A stretch of DNA of 64,000 bases. Origin: an uncultured delta proteobacterium (GTDB lineage Bacteria; Desulfobacterota; Desulfobacteria; Desulfobacterales; JAFDCJ01). A model generated the notes under the pieces. The model worked only from the letters and a program-made list of their open reading frames with translations, was not told the DNA's origin and did no database searches. This document shows positions 20,676-30,963 of this stretch, piece after piece (position 1 is the first letter of the stretch; every line of letters starts with the position of its first letter). Position numbers and translations under genes: made by a program. The stretch spans positions 192,001 to 256,000 of the forward strand of contig CAVYNY010000011.1 in assembly GCA_963769935.1 (NCBI GenBank), read 5' to 3'.

Positions 20676-21560
20676 TTAAAGCAGTTTCAGCTCAGCCGGA
20701 ATGGGGGGCATGGCACCCTGGCAGGTGCAGACATAGGCTGCCAAGCGGTTGGCATGATCGGCTATGGCAGCGAGCGGTCGGCCCAGCAGCCGGCCCAGGG
20801 TCGTTGCGGCAGTGAAAGCGTCGCCGGCGCCGATGGTATCGACAATCGAACAGGAGATGCCCGGAAGGTCTACGCATTCATCATCGGAGAGCAGCAGGCA
20901 GCCTGCCGGTCCGCGGGTGAGGATGGCGATATCCAGTAAATGCCGCTCGATCAGATCCCTGAGGATGGCCTCATCACTGCCGTCAAGGGAAAACATGGCG
21001 GCAACAACCTGCAGCTCCTCCTCGCTGAGTTTCAAAATGTTGGCCTTGGCAAGGCAGGCTTCGATGATTTCCCGGCTGTAGAAAGGCCGGCGCAAGTTGA
21101 GATCGCATATTCTGAGCGCGGTTGGCGGAAGCGCGTCGATGAAGGAATAGATTGCCTTGCGCGACTGTTCCGAACGTTGGGCCAGGGTGCCGAAGCAGAC
21201 CCCCTGGAAAGAATCGGTCAAGGCTATCAGCTGCTTGTCGAAAATGAGGTGGTCCCAAGCCGTATCGGCAGCAAAGTCGTAGCTGGGCACTCCATTTTTA
21301 TCCATGGTTACCTGGACGTAGCCGGTTTCAAAAAGAGGTGTTTTACTGATAGTTTCGGTGGGCAGCCCATGATGGGCCAGTTCGGCCAAAGCGCGCCGGC
21401 CCCGTTCGTCTTCCCCTACGGTTGATATTGGAATGCCGCGTCCACCGAGGGCATTTATGTGGTAGGCGAAATTGATCGGTGCACCGCCAAGTTTTTCATT
21501 GTCTTCCAAGACATCCCATAAAATTTCACCGATGCCGGCCACCATGATGGGTTGACCCAT
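20676..21560 (-). CDS. PfkB-family carbohydrate kinase (fructokinase-like)
   Basis: GIGEILWD..GGAPINFA..FGTLAQR..DLNLR..VDTIGAGDAF. Confidence 0.92.
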   Translation of the reverse strand: MGQPIMVAGIGEILWDVLEDNEKLGGAPINFAYHINALGGRGIPISTVGEDERGRRALAELAHHGLPTETISKTPLFETGYVQVTMDKNGVPSYDFAADTAWDHLIFDKQLIALTDSFQGVCFGTLAQRSEQSRKAIYSFIDALPPTALRICDLNLRRPFYSREIIEACLAKANILKLSEEELQVVAAMFSLDGSDEAILRDLIERHLLDIAILTRGPAGCLLLSDDECVDLPGISCSIVDTIGAGDAFTAATTLGRLLGRPLAAIADHANRLAAYVCTCQGAMPPIPAELKLL

Positions 21561-21823
21561 GATATTCCCTCCACGCGCTGGTGAGAAACTGAAATCGGAT
21601 TAATTCCCTTCGCAGGCTCCTATCAGGAGCATCGACCGTACTACCGATCGGGACGGCTGTCCATATAAAAGTGACGGTGCTGTGGCGCTTACGGCAAACG
21701 TTGCGACGTCCATCTTTTTCCGTAAAACCGCGCAACCGGGTTTCCTGGTATTTATCCTCAATATTCCATTCTTCTCTCCGATCCGCAGGCTCTACGAGCC
21801 GGAGGCCAATATTCCACTATTCC

Positions 21824-21897
21824 ATGGGTTATCTGACGGCCAAAAGCAAGCCTCTGGGGTAAAATCAAAGCCTGGTCCGCCGGACCGGGATTCTTTA
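21824..21897 (+). repeat. Dispersed ~75-bp MITE-like element, copy 1
   Basis: ATGGGTTA..GACGGCCAAAA..TCAAAGCCTGG..GGATTCTTTA; similar copies at 31515-31574 and 39655-39760. Confidence 0.75.
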
Positions 21898-21919
21898 TTT
21901 TATCTTTTTAAATTAATAC

Positions 21920-21967
21920 TTGACAACGGGATCGTGCTCACCTATTAACTAAACCTAGTTTAATTAA
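21920..21967 (+). promoter_or_regulatory. Sigma70 promoter with overlapping ROK-type operator
   Basis: TTGACA-17nt-TATTAA; palindrome TTAACTAAAC-cta-GTTTAATTAA at 21945-21967. Confidence 0.7.
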
Positions 21968-22066
21968 ATTTACTGCTGAAATTATTCTATTTTTTTAAAG
22001 ATCAGGTCATTTATGGGCACTTAAGTAAAGATAATTTAATAAATAACAAGTCTTTCACACGGCCCT

Positions 22067-23272
22067 ATGCCTCCATTCCTTACCAGACAGATGCCTGCAC
22101 CCAGCTCTCTTCCCGGCTATAACGAGCGACGTGTGCTTCAGGTGCTCCGCCGCATGGGTGAAGCGTCCAAAGCCGACCTTGCCCGACAAACAAATTTGAC
22201 CAATACATCAGTCGGGATTATCGTTTCCTCCCTCCATCGCAAGCAGTTATTAAAGATTTCCCGCAAGCGACTCAGCGGTCAGCGCGGCCAACCGCCAACC
22301 CTTTACCAGCTTGAGACCGCGGGCTCCTTCAGCATCGGTGTCCGAGTGGATCGCAACTGGATCCAAACTATTCTCATTGATTTTGAAGGTACCGTCCTCT
22401 CGCGTCTATCCCACGAATCAATTCTTCCAAAACCCGAAATGGCCTTGGAGATCATTCTTAAAGATGTCAACGCGCTGCTGGATATGTTGTCGGAAAACCA
22501 GCGCCGGCGTCTGTCGGGTATCGGCCTCGCTTACCCCTACAATTTAGAAAGTTGGCTGAACGAATTATCTCTGCCTTACGAGCAATTCAGCTGTTGGAAT
22601 GAGTTCGATTTGGCTGAACATATAGAGGATGCAATTTCGATCCCGGTCTATTGCGAAAACGATGTCACCGCCGCCTCGATCGCTGAGCTTTTTTACGGTG
22701 TCGGACGGGATAGGGATGACTTTCTCTATGTTTTTATCGGCCCGGCTATCGGCGGCGGAATTGTCATTAACGGAGAGTCGGTGCGGGGTCCAATGGGCAA
22801 TGCCGGCGACATCGGCTTAATGCCGGTACCGCCTTCTACCTTGATTTCAGCACCCCAGCCCAAAGGTGAATGGGATATACTTCTCAATCGGGCCTCGATC
22901 AACACCCTTATCCGTCATCTCCGAGCCTGCGGGCGCGACGTTCACTCATTTTCTGATGTGAATTTTCTGGTTGATCGGCAGGACAGCGCCGTGCACGAGT
23001 GGATGGAGGACTGCGTCGCCGCCCTCACCCCTGTCCTCTGGTCGGGAGTCGCCTTGCTCAATAGCCCCGTTGTGGTAATTGGTTCGGATCTGGGGAAGGA
23101 GTTCATCCAGCAGTTGCTAACCAAATTGGAGCAGAAATTGGCGTCGAGCGCGCCGGAGGCCCGGAACCCTCCCCAATTGCTATCAGGCTCTTTCGGCAGC
23201 GACGCTGAAGCAATCGGCGCGGCAAATTTACCGTTTTTTTACCATTTTTCAACGCAGAATCACATCAATTGA
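22067..23272 (+). CDS. ROK family transcriptional repressor
   Basis: N-terminal HTH (SKADLARQTNLT..RGQP), ENDVTAASIAE, IGPAIGGG, GNAGDIG. Confidence 0.92.
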   Translation: MPPFLTRQMPAPSSLPGYNERRVLQVLRRMGEASKADLARQTNLTNTSVGIIVSSLHRKQLLKISRKRLSGQRGQPPTLYQLETAGSFSIGVRVDRNWIQTILIDFEGTVLSRLSHESILPKPEMALEIILKDVNALLDMLSENQRRRLSGIGLAYPYNLESWLNELSLPYEQFSCWNEFDLAEHIEDAISIPVYCENDVTAASIAELFYGVGRDRDDFLYVFIGPAIGGGIVINGESVRGPMGNAGDIGLMPVPPSTLISAPQPKGEWDILLNRASINTLIRHLRACGRDVHSFSDVNFLVDRQDSAVHEWMEDCVAALTPVLWSGVALLNSPVVVIGSDLGKEFIQQLLTKLEQKLASSAPEARNPPQLLSGSFGSDAEAIGAANLPFFYHFSTQNHIN

Positions 23273-23359
23273 AAAAACAGGTTGCAAGTGTGAATAAGAG
23301 CTCGCCCGATGGGCTTTTGTTGACGTACCCTAAAAACCTAAGCATTGAGAGGAGGAATC

Positions 23360-24670
23360 ATGAAACTGAAAGTGTTGGTAGTAACGGCAGGTTTAATACT
23401 GGCCACGGTTGGCTTCATCCAGGCCGAGACGATCACCATCGCCACCGTCAACAATGGTGACATGATTCGCATGCAAAAGCTATCCGACGACTTCACCGCC
23501 AAGAACCCCGGCATTGTACTGGACTGGGTTACGCTGGAGGAAAATATTCTCCGCCAGCGCGTCACAACGGACATCGCCACCAAAGGCGGGCAATACGATG
23601 TCATGACCATCGGAACCTATGAGGTCCCCATCTGGGCCAAGCAGGGCTGGCTGGTGGCACTTGACAATTTGGGTCCGGATTACGACGTCGATGACCTGCT
23701 GCCGGCGATCCGCAGCGGACTGACGGTCGACGGCAAGCTGTATGCCGCGCCGTTCTATGGTGAAAGCTCGATGGTCATGTATCGAACCGATCTGTTTAAA
23801 AAGGCCGGTCTTGAAATGCCGGAGGCGCCGACGTGGAAGTTCATTGCCGATGCTGCGCGTAAGATTACCGACAAAGACAAGGAAATCTATGGCATTTGTT
23901 TGCGCGGCAAAGCGGGCTGGGGTGAAAACATGGCCTTCCTGACGGCCACGGCCAATTCGTTCGGCGCCCGCTGGTTCGATGAAAACTGGAAGCCGCAGCT
24001 GGACAGTCAGGCCTGGAAGAACACCCTGAATTTTTACGTCGACCTGATGCATGATGCGGGTCCTCCGGGTGCATCATCCAACGGCTTCAATGAGAATTTG
24101 GCGCTTTTTCAATCCGGCAAATGCGGCATGTGGATTGACGCCACGGTTGCCGCCTCTTTCGTAACAAACCCCAAAGACTCCACCGTGGCCGACAGGGTCG
24201 GTTTCGCCCTGGCGCCGGACAACGGCCTCGGCAAGCGCGGCAACTGGCTGTGGGCGTGGGCGCTGGCCATCCCGGCCGGCACCCAGAAAGGCGCAGCGGC
24301 CGAGAAATTCATCGCCTGGGCCACATCCAAGGATTACCTGAAGCTTGTCGCTTCGAAGGAAGGCTGGGCCAACGTACCGCCGGGTACCCGGGCCTCGCTG
24401 TACAATAACCCGGAATATCTCAAAGCGGCACCCTTTGCCAAGATGACGCTCGAAAGCATAAAGACAGCCGACCCGAAACATCCGACGGTCGATCCGGTGC
24501 CGTATGTGGGCGTGCAGTTTGTTGCCATTCCTGAATTCCAGGGTATCGGTACCGCAGTCGGCCAGCAGTTCGCGGCGGCCCTGGCCGGCACGGAAACGGT
24601 CGATCAGGCGCTGCAGAACTCGCAGCGACTCACCGAGCGCATCATAAAAAAGGCCGGCTATCCCAAATAA
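23360..24670 (+). CDS. smoE: Polyol (sorbitol/mannitol) ABC transporter substrate-binding protein
   Basis: TITIATVNNGDMIRMQKL..LEENILRQRVTTDIATKGGQYD; signal peptide; operon context. Confidence 0.92.
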   Translation: MKLKVLVVTAGLILATVGFIQAETITIATVNNGDMIRMQKLSDDFTAKNPGIVLDWVTLEENILRQRVTTDIATKGGQYDVMTIGTYEVPIWAKQGWLVALDNLGPDYDVDDLLPAIRSGLTVDGKLYAAPFYGESSMVMYRTDLFKKAGLEMPEAPTWKFIADAARKITDKDKEIYGICLRGKAGWGENMAFLTATANSFGARWFDENWKPQLDSQAWKNTLNFYVDLMHDAGPPGASSNGFNENLALFQSGKCGMWIDATVAASFVTNPKDSTVADRVGFALAPDNGLGKRGNWLWAWALAIPAGTQKGAAAEKFIAWATSKDYLKLVASKEGWANVPPGTRASLYNNPEYLKAAPFAKMTLESIKTADPKHPTVDPVPYVGVQFVAIPEFQGIGTAVGQQFAAALAGTETVDQALQNSQRLTERIIKKAGYPK

Positions 24671-24682
24671 TCCGGAATTGCC

Positions 24683-24714
24683 GGCGGCCCGGCGAGCTTC
24701 TTGCCGGACCGCCG
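24683..24714 (+). other. Intercistronic stem-loop after the binding-protein gene
   Basis: GGCGGCCCGGCGAG..TTGCCGGACCGCC hairpin. Confidence 0.5.
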
Positions 24715-24748
24715 CCAACCTTTCTGCCAAACACTGGAGGCGATACTT

Positions 24749-25621
24749 ATGGCGACGGCACATTCCCGCAGTGTTGCACGACTCATGATATCTCCATCCG
24801 TGCTGCTGCTGCTCGGCTGGATGATTATCCCCCTCGCATTGACGCTCTATTTTTCGTTCCTGAGCTACAACCTACTGACGCCGGGAATGCACGAGTGGAT
24901 CGGGCTCATGAATTACCGGTTTTTTTTGACCGATCCGGCTTTTTTTGAGGCCTTGAAGAACACGCTGCTTTTGGTCGGCGGCGTGCTGCTGATAACGGTC
25001 TTCGGCGGCGTAGGGCTGGCCCTGCTGCTGGATCTGCCTTTCTGGGGACAGGGAGTCGTTCGCATTCTGGTTATCGCACCGTTTTTCGTGATGCCGACCG
25101 TCTCGGCGCTGGTTTGGAAGAACATGTTCATGAACCCGGTCAATGGGCTGTTCGCCTATGCCGCGAAATTCCTGGGACTGGAGCCGATCGACTTTCTGGC
25201 CCACGCACCGCTCTTCTCAATCGTTCTCATCGTTGCGTGGCAGTGGCTTCCCTTTGCGACCCTCATTCTTCTGACCGCTCTTCAATCACTGGATCAGGAG
25301 CAGCTGGAAGCGTCGGAGATGGACGGGGCCGGGCCTGGGAAGCGTTTTGTGTATGTCGTGCTGCCGCATCTGGCACGTGCAATCACGGTTGTCATCCTGA
25401 TCCAAACCATCTTTCTCCTGTCGATCTTCGCCGAAATACTGGTGACGACCAACGGCGGACCGGGTTATGCTTCCACCAATCTCACCTTTCTGGTCTATGC
25501 CCAATCGCTGCTGCAGTTCGATGTGGGGGGAGGCTCCGCCGGAGGCATCGTCGCCGTGATCCTGGCTAATATCGTGGCGGTCTTTTTGATGCGAATGATC
25601 GGTAAAAACCTGGAGGCGTAA
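24749..25621 (+). CDS. smoF: Polyol ABC transporter permease
   Basis: MATAHSRSVARLMISPS..EASEMDGA (EAA loop). Confidence 0.92.
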   Translation: MATAHSRSVARLMISPSVLLLLGWMIIPLALTLYFSFLSYNLLTPGMHEWIGLMNYRFFLTDPAFFEALKNTLLLVGGVLLITVFGGVGLALLLDLPFWGQGVVRILVIAPFFVMPTVSALVWKNMFMNPVNGLFAYAAKFLGLEPIDFLAHAPLFSIVLIVAWQWLPFATLILLTALQSLDQEQLEASEMDGAGPGKRFVYVVLPHLARAITVVILIQTIFLLSIFAEILVTTNGGPGYASTNLTFLVYAQSLLQFDVGGGSAGGIVAVILANIVAVFLMRMIGKNLEA

Positions 25622-25625
25622 GACC

Positions 25626-26456
25626 ATGGCACGCACTATATCCCCATCACGCAAGACGGCAATAACTGTTGTGGCCTGGGCCATCGGGCTGATGATGTTT
25701 TTTCCGATTCTCTGGACCATCCTCACAAGCTTTAAGACGGAAGCGGAAGCCATTTCCTCGCCCCCGTCTTTCGTGGCGTTCCAATGGACGCTCGAGAACT
25801 ATTTTGAGGTGCAGGCGCGGTCGAACTATTTCCTGCACTTTGCCAATTCCGTCATCATCTCGTTCGGGTCCACCATTCTGGGCCTGCTGATTGCCATCCC
25901 CGCCGCCTGGGCCATGGCCTTCGTACCCGGCAAACGCACCAATAATTTGCTGGTATGGATGCTCTCAACCAAAATGCTGCCGCCGGTGGGCGTGCTGATT
26001 CCGATATATCTGATCTTCCGGGATACCGGGCTGCTCGATACCCGGACCGGTCTGTTGATTGTGTTGACGCTGATCAATCTGCCGATTATCATCTGGATGC
26101 TTTACACCTATTTCAAAGAGATCCCGGGGGGCATCCTGGAAGCCGCCCGGATGGATGGGGCGACTTTGCGGGCGGAAATTATCCATGTGCTGACGCCGAT
26201 GGCCCTGCCGGGGATCGCATCTACCCTTCTGCTGAATGTCATCCTGGCCTGGAACGAGGCGTTCTGGACCCTCAACCTGACGGCGGCCAAAGCGGCGCCG
26301 CTGACCGCTTTCATTGCAAGTTATTCCAGTCCGGAAGGGCTATTTTATGCCAAACTAAGCGCCGCCTCAACCATGGCCATCGCGCCGATTCTGATCCTGG
26401 GCTGGTTCAGTCAGAAACAGCTTGTGCGCGGCTTAACCTTTGGTGCCGTAAAGTAG
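25626..26456 (+). CDS. smoG: Polyol ABC transporter permease
   Basis: [38 protein letters not shown]. Confidence 0.92.
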   Translation: MARTISPSRKTAITVVAWAIGLMMFFPILWTILTSFKTEAEAISSPPSFVAFQWTLENYFEVQARSNYFLHFANSVIISFGSTILGLLIAIPAAWAMAFVPGKRTNNLLVWMLSTKMLPPVGVLIPIYLIFRDTGLLDTRTGLLIVLTLINLPIIIWMLYTYFKEIPGGILEAARMDGATLRAEIIHVLTPMALPGIASTLLLNVILAWNEAFWTLNLTAAKAAPLTAFIASYSSPEGLFYAKLSAASTMAIAPILILGWFSQKQLVRGLTFGAVK

Positions 26457-26466
26457 GAGCAAACCC

Positions 26467-27468
26467 ATGGGAAGCATAAAACTGAGTGATGTTACAAAAA
26501 GTTTCGGCGAAACCGAAGTCATCCCTCCGATCAACCTGGAAATCAACGACGGTGAATTTTTAGTCTTCGTCGGACCTTCCGGCTGCGGAAAATCCACCCT
26601 GCTGAGACTGATTGCAGGTCTTGAGGACGTGACGAGCGGCCGAATCGAAATAGACGGCCGGGACGCCACGGCCATACCGCCTGCCAAACGGGGTTTGGCC
26701 ATGGTTTTCCAGTCTTATGCGCTGTACCCGCACATGTCCGTGCGCCGGAACATCGCCTTTCCGCTGAAGATGGCGGGATTGGATAAAGCCGAGATCGACC
26801 GCCGGGTGACGACCGCGGCCGAGACTCTGAATCTCACCGACTTTCTTCAACGGCGGCCGGGTCAGCTCTCCGGCGGGCAGCGTCAACGAGTGGCCATCGG
26901 GCGCGCAATCGTGCGGGAGCCGGCGGCGTTTCTCTTCGATGAGCCCCTGTCCAATCTCGATGCGGCGCTCCGGGTAAATATGCGGCTGGAAATTACGGAT
27001 TTGCATCACAGCCTCAAGACAACGATGATCTATGTTACCCATGATCAAATCGAGGCCATGACCATGGCTGATAAAATTGTGGTGCTGAATGCCGGCCGCA
27101 TTGAACAGGTCGGCTCGCCGCTTGAGCTCTATCGCAACCCGAACAATTTGTTCGTTGCCGGCTTTATCGGCTCGCCGAAAATGAACTTTATTACCGGCGC
27201 TGATGCATCCAAGTACACTGCCGCAACAATCGGCATCCGCCCGGAGCATATCTCCCTGTCCAAGGAATCCGGCGAATGGAAGGGGAAGGTCCGGGTGGCG
27301 GAGCATTTAGGATCAGACACCTTCCTGCACGTGACGACCGATCGGGTCGGGACATTGACTGTAAGAGCCAGCGGGGGGGTCGATGTTTCCTATGGCGATC
27401 AGGTGTACGTTACGCCTGATCCATCTAATATCCACCGTTTTGACCCATCCGGAGCAGCCATTACATGA
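26467..27468 (+). CDS. smoK: Polyol ABC transporter ATPase
   Basis: [26 protein letters not shown]. Confidence 0.93.
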   Translation: MGSIKLSDVTKSFGETEVIPPINLEINDGEFLVFVGPSGCGKSTLLRLIAGLEDVTSGRIEIDGRDATAIPPAKRGLAMVFQSYALYPHMSVRRNIAFPLKMAGLDKAEIDRRVTTAAETLNLTDFLQRRPGQLSGGQRQRVAIGRAIVREPAAFLFDEPLSNLDAALRVNMRLEITDLHHSLKTTMIYVTHDQIEAMTMADKIVVLNAGRIEQVGSPLELYRNPNNLFVAGFIGSPKMNFITGADASKYTAATIGIRPEHISLSKESGEWKGKVRVAEHLGSDTFLHVTTDRVGTLTVRASGGVDVSYGDQVYVTPDPSNIHRFDPSGAAIT

Positions 27469-28238
27469 AACGTCTAAATGGAAAATCAGCTATAATTACC
27501 GGCGCCGCGCGCGGCATCGGCCGGGCCTTTGCCAAAGCCTATGTCCAGGAAGGCGCAACGGTAGCAATTGCCGACATCAATTTTGAGGGGGCAGAAAAAG
27601 CGGCCTCGGCAATTGGCGCCAATGCCTATGCGATCCGGCTGGATGTGACCGATCAATCCTCCATCGATGCTGCCGTAAAGGCGGTCGAGGCGCATTCCGG
27701 CGGGATAGACATTCTTGTCAACAATGCCGCCTTGTTTGATCTGGCCCCCATCAGCGAGATTACCCGTGAGAGCTACAACCGGCTATTTTCGATCAATGTC
27801 GCGGGCACCCTGTTTATGCTTCAGGCAGTCGCGAAATCGATGATTGCCCGGGGCAAGGGCGGCAAAATTATTAATATGGCCAGCCAGGCCGGGCGGCGCG
27901 GCGAACCACTGGTTGCCGTCTATTGTGCGACCAAGGCCGCCGTGATCAGTCTGACCCAATCGGCCGGGTTGAACCTGATCCGATACGGCATCAATGTGAA
28001 TGCCATCGCACCGGGGGTGGTGGACGGCGAGCACTGGAACGGCGTGGATGCGCTTTTTGCCAAATACGAAAACCGGCCGATCGGCGAAAAGAAACGTCTG
28101 GTCGGTGAAGCAGTACCCTTGGGCCGGATGGCAACCCCTGCGGATCTGACCGGCATGGCCGTGTTTCTCGCCAGCTCGGAGGCCGACTACATTGTGGCCC
28201 AGACTTACAATGTCGACGGCGGAAACTGGATGAGCTGA
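27465..28238 (+). CDS. smoS: Sorbitol (L-iditol 2-) dehydrogenase, SDR family
   Basis: [43 protein letters not shown]. Confidence 0.92.
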   Translation: MKRLNGKSAIITGAARGIGRAFAKAYVQEGATVAIADINFEGAEKAASAIGANAYAIRLDVTDQSSIDAAVKAVEAHSGGIDILVNNAALFDLAPISEITRESYNRLFSINVAGTLFMLQAVAKSMIARGKGGKIINMASQAGRRGEPLVAVYCATKAAVISLTQSAGLNLIRYGINVNAIAPGVVDGEHWNGVDALFAKYENRPIGEKKRLVGEAVPLGRMATPADLTGMAVFLASSEADYIVAQTYNVDGGNWMS

Positions 28239-28258
28239 CCTTATAGAGGAGGACCATT

Positions 28259-29737
28259 ATGACGACAAAACTTGCTGCTCAGAACCTTGCAGCCATTGCG
28301 GCCTTGGCCGCCGTGCCCGGCTACGAGCGCTCGGCGCTCTCGGCCGGCATCGTGCATTTCGGCGTCGGCAATTTTCACCGGGCCCACCAGGCCGTCTATC
28401 TGGACTCACTTTTTAATACCGGCCGTGATCATGACTGGGCCCTCATCGGTGCCGGCGTGCTGCCGTCGGATGAAAAGATGCGCCGGGTCCTCGCCGGTCA
28501 GGATTTTCTGACCACCGTCGTGGAACAGTCGGCCGGCCGCAGTGCTGCGCGGGTCACCGGCGCGATGATCGATTTCCTTTCACCCGATGATTCGGCGGCC
28601 ATCATCCGTACCCTGGCCGACCCGGCAATCCGGATTGTATCGATGACCATCACGGAAGGCGGCTATTTCATCGATCCCGCCACCGGGGTTTTTGACGCCG
28701 GAAATCCTGCCATAGCGGCGGACGGGGCTGCTCCCGAACGCCCGAAGACCGTTTTCGGCCTGATCGTGACGGGGCTCAAACGCCGGCGGGAGGCAGGCAT
28801 CGAGCCATTTACGGTCATGTCCTGCGACAACATCCCCCATAATGGGGTTGTCGCCCGCAACGCGGTGGCCGGCCTGGCCGAACTGTCCGATCCTGAATTC
28901 AGCCGCTGGATTGTCGACCAGGTCGCCTTCCCCAACAGCATGGTGGACCGGATTACCCCTGCCACCGGAGATCGCGAGCGGGAAATTTTAACCCGTGATT
29001 TCGGCCTTGAGGATAATTGGCCGGTTTTCTGCGAAGACTTCATCCAGTGGGTGCTGGAAGACAATTTTCCCGCCGGCCGGCCGGCCCTGGAGAGGGTCGG
29101 GGTGCAATTCGTACCCGATGTAATACCCTATGAGAATATGAAGATCCGTATCCTCAACGGCGGCCATGCCGTCATCGCTTATCCGGCCGGTCTGCTGGAT
29201 ATCCACTTCGCCCATGAGGCCATGGAACATCCCCTGATCCGCCGTTTTCTCCAAAAGATCGAGCGCGAGGAGATCATACCGATTGTCCCGCCGGTGCCGG
29301 ACACGGATCTGCAAAATTATTTCAGGAAAATCGAGGAGCGCTTCGCCAACCCCAAGATCGGGGACACCATTCGCAGGCTGTGCCTCGACGGCTCCAATCG
29401 TCAGCCCAAATTCATCATTCCCTCCATTGCCGACCGACTGAAGGCCGGCGCAGGTGTCGCGGGCCTCGCCCTTGAATCGGCGCTGTGGTGCCGCTATTGC
29501 TACGGCACGACGGAGAGCGGCCGGAACATCGAACCCAATGACCCCAATTGGGATCGTCTTGTCCCGGTCGCACGGGCCGCAAAAGAAGATTCAACGGCCT
29601 GGCTGCAGATGGAAGACATTTACGGCGACGTCGGGCGCTCCGAGGTGTTTCGCAAACACTTTGCAACCATGCTGGAGACAATCTGGTCGGAGGGTGTGAC
29701 GCGCGTCGTCACACGCTATCTGGAAGGAAAAGCTTAG
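28259..29737 (+). CDS. mtlK: Mannitol 2-dehydrogenase
   Basis: IVHFGVGNFHRAHQA..TITEGGY..SCDN..FPNSMVDRITP..MKIRILNGGH. Confidence 0.93.
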   Translation: MTTKLAAQNLAAIAALAAVPGYERSALSAGIVHFGVGNFHRAHQAVYLDSLFNTGRDHDWALIGAGVLPSDEKMRRVLAGQDFLTTVVEQSAGRSAARVTGAMIDFLSPDDSAAIIRTLADPAIRIVSMTITEGGYFIDPATGVFDAGNPAIAADGAAPERPKTVFGLIVTGLKRRREAGIEPFTVMSCDNIPHNGVVARNAVAGLAELSDPEFSRWIVDQVAFPNSMVDRITPATGDREREILTRDFGLEDNWPVFCEDFIQWVLEDNFPAGRPALERVGVQFVPDVIPYENMKIRILNGGHAVIAYPAGLLDIHFAHEAMEHPLIRRFLQKIEREEIIPIVPPVPDTDLQNYFRKIEERFANPKIGDTIRRLCLDGSNRQPKFIIPSIADRLKAGAGVAGLALESALWCRYCYGTTESGRNIEPNDPNWDRLVPVARAAKEDSTAWLQMEDIYGDVGRSEVFRKHFATMLETIWSEGVTRVVTRYLEGKA

Positions 29738-29857
29738 AAACGGGGAACCGGAGAAACGGTGAACCGGGGAAACGGGAATTTTGGGAAAGGGAGAAAGGGG
29801 AAGAGGGGGACTGTCCTGATTGTTGTCCAGTTGGTTTCACCAGGTAAATTGAGGGGG
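29737..29857 (+). repeat. Short GAAACGG tract plus 55-bp direct repeat, copy 2 (29803-29857)
   Basis: Matches 20589-20643 with 5 mismatches. Confidence 0.9.
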
Positions 29858-29912
29858 ATGATTTATTTGATTAAAGCGATCATAGTTCACAGTTCAGTTC
29901 AAGGCCGCTTTC

Positions 29913-30773
29913 CTATACCCCGTGGCTGCGAGAATAGGCTGACGGCTTAGGGGGCAGCCATCCCTCCAGCGCCTTCGGATCCGGGCGATAGACCTCAACC
30001 TTCAGCGGGTAGCAAGCTGCTGCATCGCTGGAATGTTCCGAGCTGCAATCACCGCCGGGGCAGGCCGACAGCGCGCCCAGCAGGTCGATTTCGGCGAAGA
30101 ATTCGATGAAATCCCCGGGACGCACCGGGCTGGCTTTCATGAAATACTGATGCGTGTCATGCATGAAACCCGTGCACATGAAAACATTCAGCACATCATG
30201 GACATGCGTTTCGGCCTGGTGCAGCGAAAGCCCGGTTTCTGCCGCCAACGCTCGGGTCAGATTCGAATGGCAGCAATGATGATAATCCTGTCCGCTCAGC
30301 AAACGGTTGGTATAGGGATCGCAGCGCGTTCCGATTACGTCATGCACACCGCCGCCGTCCGCATCAAAGCCATACCAATCGAGGGTGTCATGGGTAATCG
30401 TTGCCATTGGTCGCATATGGGGAAAACTGCTCCACATCCGGTCACCGGTGCTCAGGTGGGTTCCATGCAGCGCTCTGGTTTTGCCGCTGTAAAACCGTTC
30501 CGACAGATCACTATCCGCCCAGAGATTCAGATCGCCCACCTGCGGGCCGTCCACGCTGACGATCCGGAAAAAATTACCTGCTGCAACACGAAAAGATCCG
30601 GCATCCCGCGGCGGCACGATCACCTCACTTGTCATTTTCATTGCTTCACGTGCAGCGGAATAGAGGCTCATGTTCGGCATGGGGAGGGTATCAACCGGAT
30701 AGCAGATGACGGGTTGGACCGCCCTGCGGGCATCGGCATCAACGGGAGCTTTGCTTTGAGGGGTGCGTTTCAT
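29913..30773 (-). CDS. DUF1989 / urea carboxylase-associated family protein
   Basis: GPQVGDLN..ERFYSGKTRALH..HDVIGTRCDPY..HCCHSNL..VHDVLNVFMCTG..LSACPGGDC. Confidence 0.88.
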   Translation of the reverse strand: MKRTPQSKAPVDADARRAVQPVICYPVDTLPMPNMSLYSAAREAMKMTSEVIVPPRDAGSFRVAAGNFFRIVSVDGPQVGDLNLWADSDLSERFYSGKTRALHGTHLSTGDRMWSSFPHMRPMATITHDTLDWYGFDADGGGVHDVIGTRCDPYTNRLLSGQDYHHCCHSNLTRALAAETGLSLHQAETHVHDVLNVFMCTGFMHDTHQYFMKASPVRPGDFIEFFAEIDLLGALSACPGGDCSSEHSSDAAACYPLKVEVYRPDPKALEGWLPPKPSAYSRSHGV

Positions 30774-30822
30774 TGAAGTTTTCCTTGATCCCGTAATTCC
30801 GGGACGAATCGTCCTCTTTCAG

Positions 30823-30915
30823 GACCGGACGATGGGTTTCATTAATTTGTTTGAGCAAATCAGCTGCCCTCGATTTAAGTTAAGTTACCGGTTTTATATC
30901 CTGCGAAATATTCAT
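30823..30915 (-). pseudogene. Phd/YefM antitoxin remnant (31 codons, internal stop)
   Basis: GGAGG RBS then MNISQDIKPVT*LKSRAADLLKQINETHRPV; aligns to the N-terminus of 5739-6014. Confidence 0.75.
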
Positions 30916-30926
30916 TTTATTACCTC

Positions 30927-30963
30927 CGGTCTTTTTATAGGAATAGATTAAGACCGATGTCAA
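30927..30963 (-). promoter_or_regulatory. TA-type promoter/operator retained upstream of the remnant
   Basis: TTGACA-18nt-TATAAA with inverted repeat CGGTCTT..AAGACCG. Confidence 0.6.
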
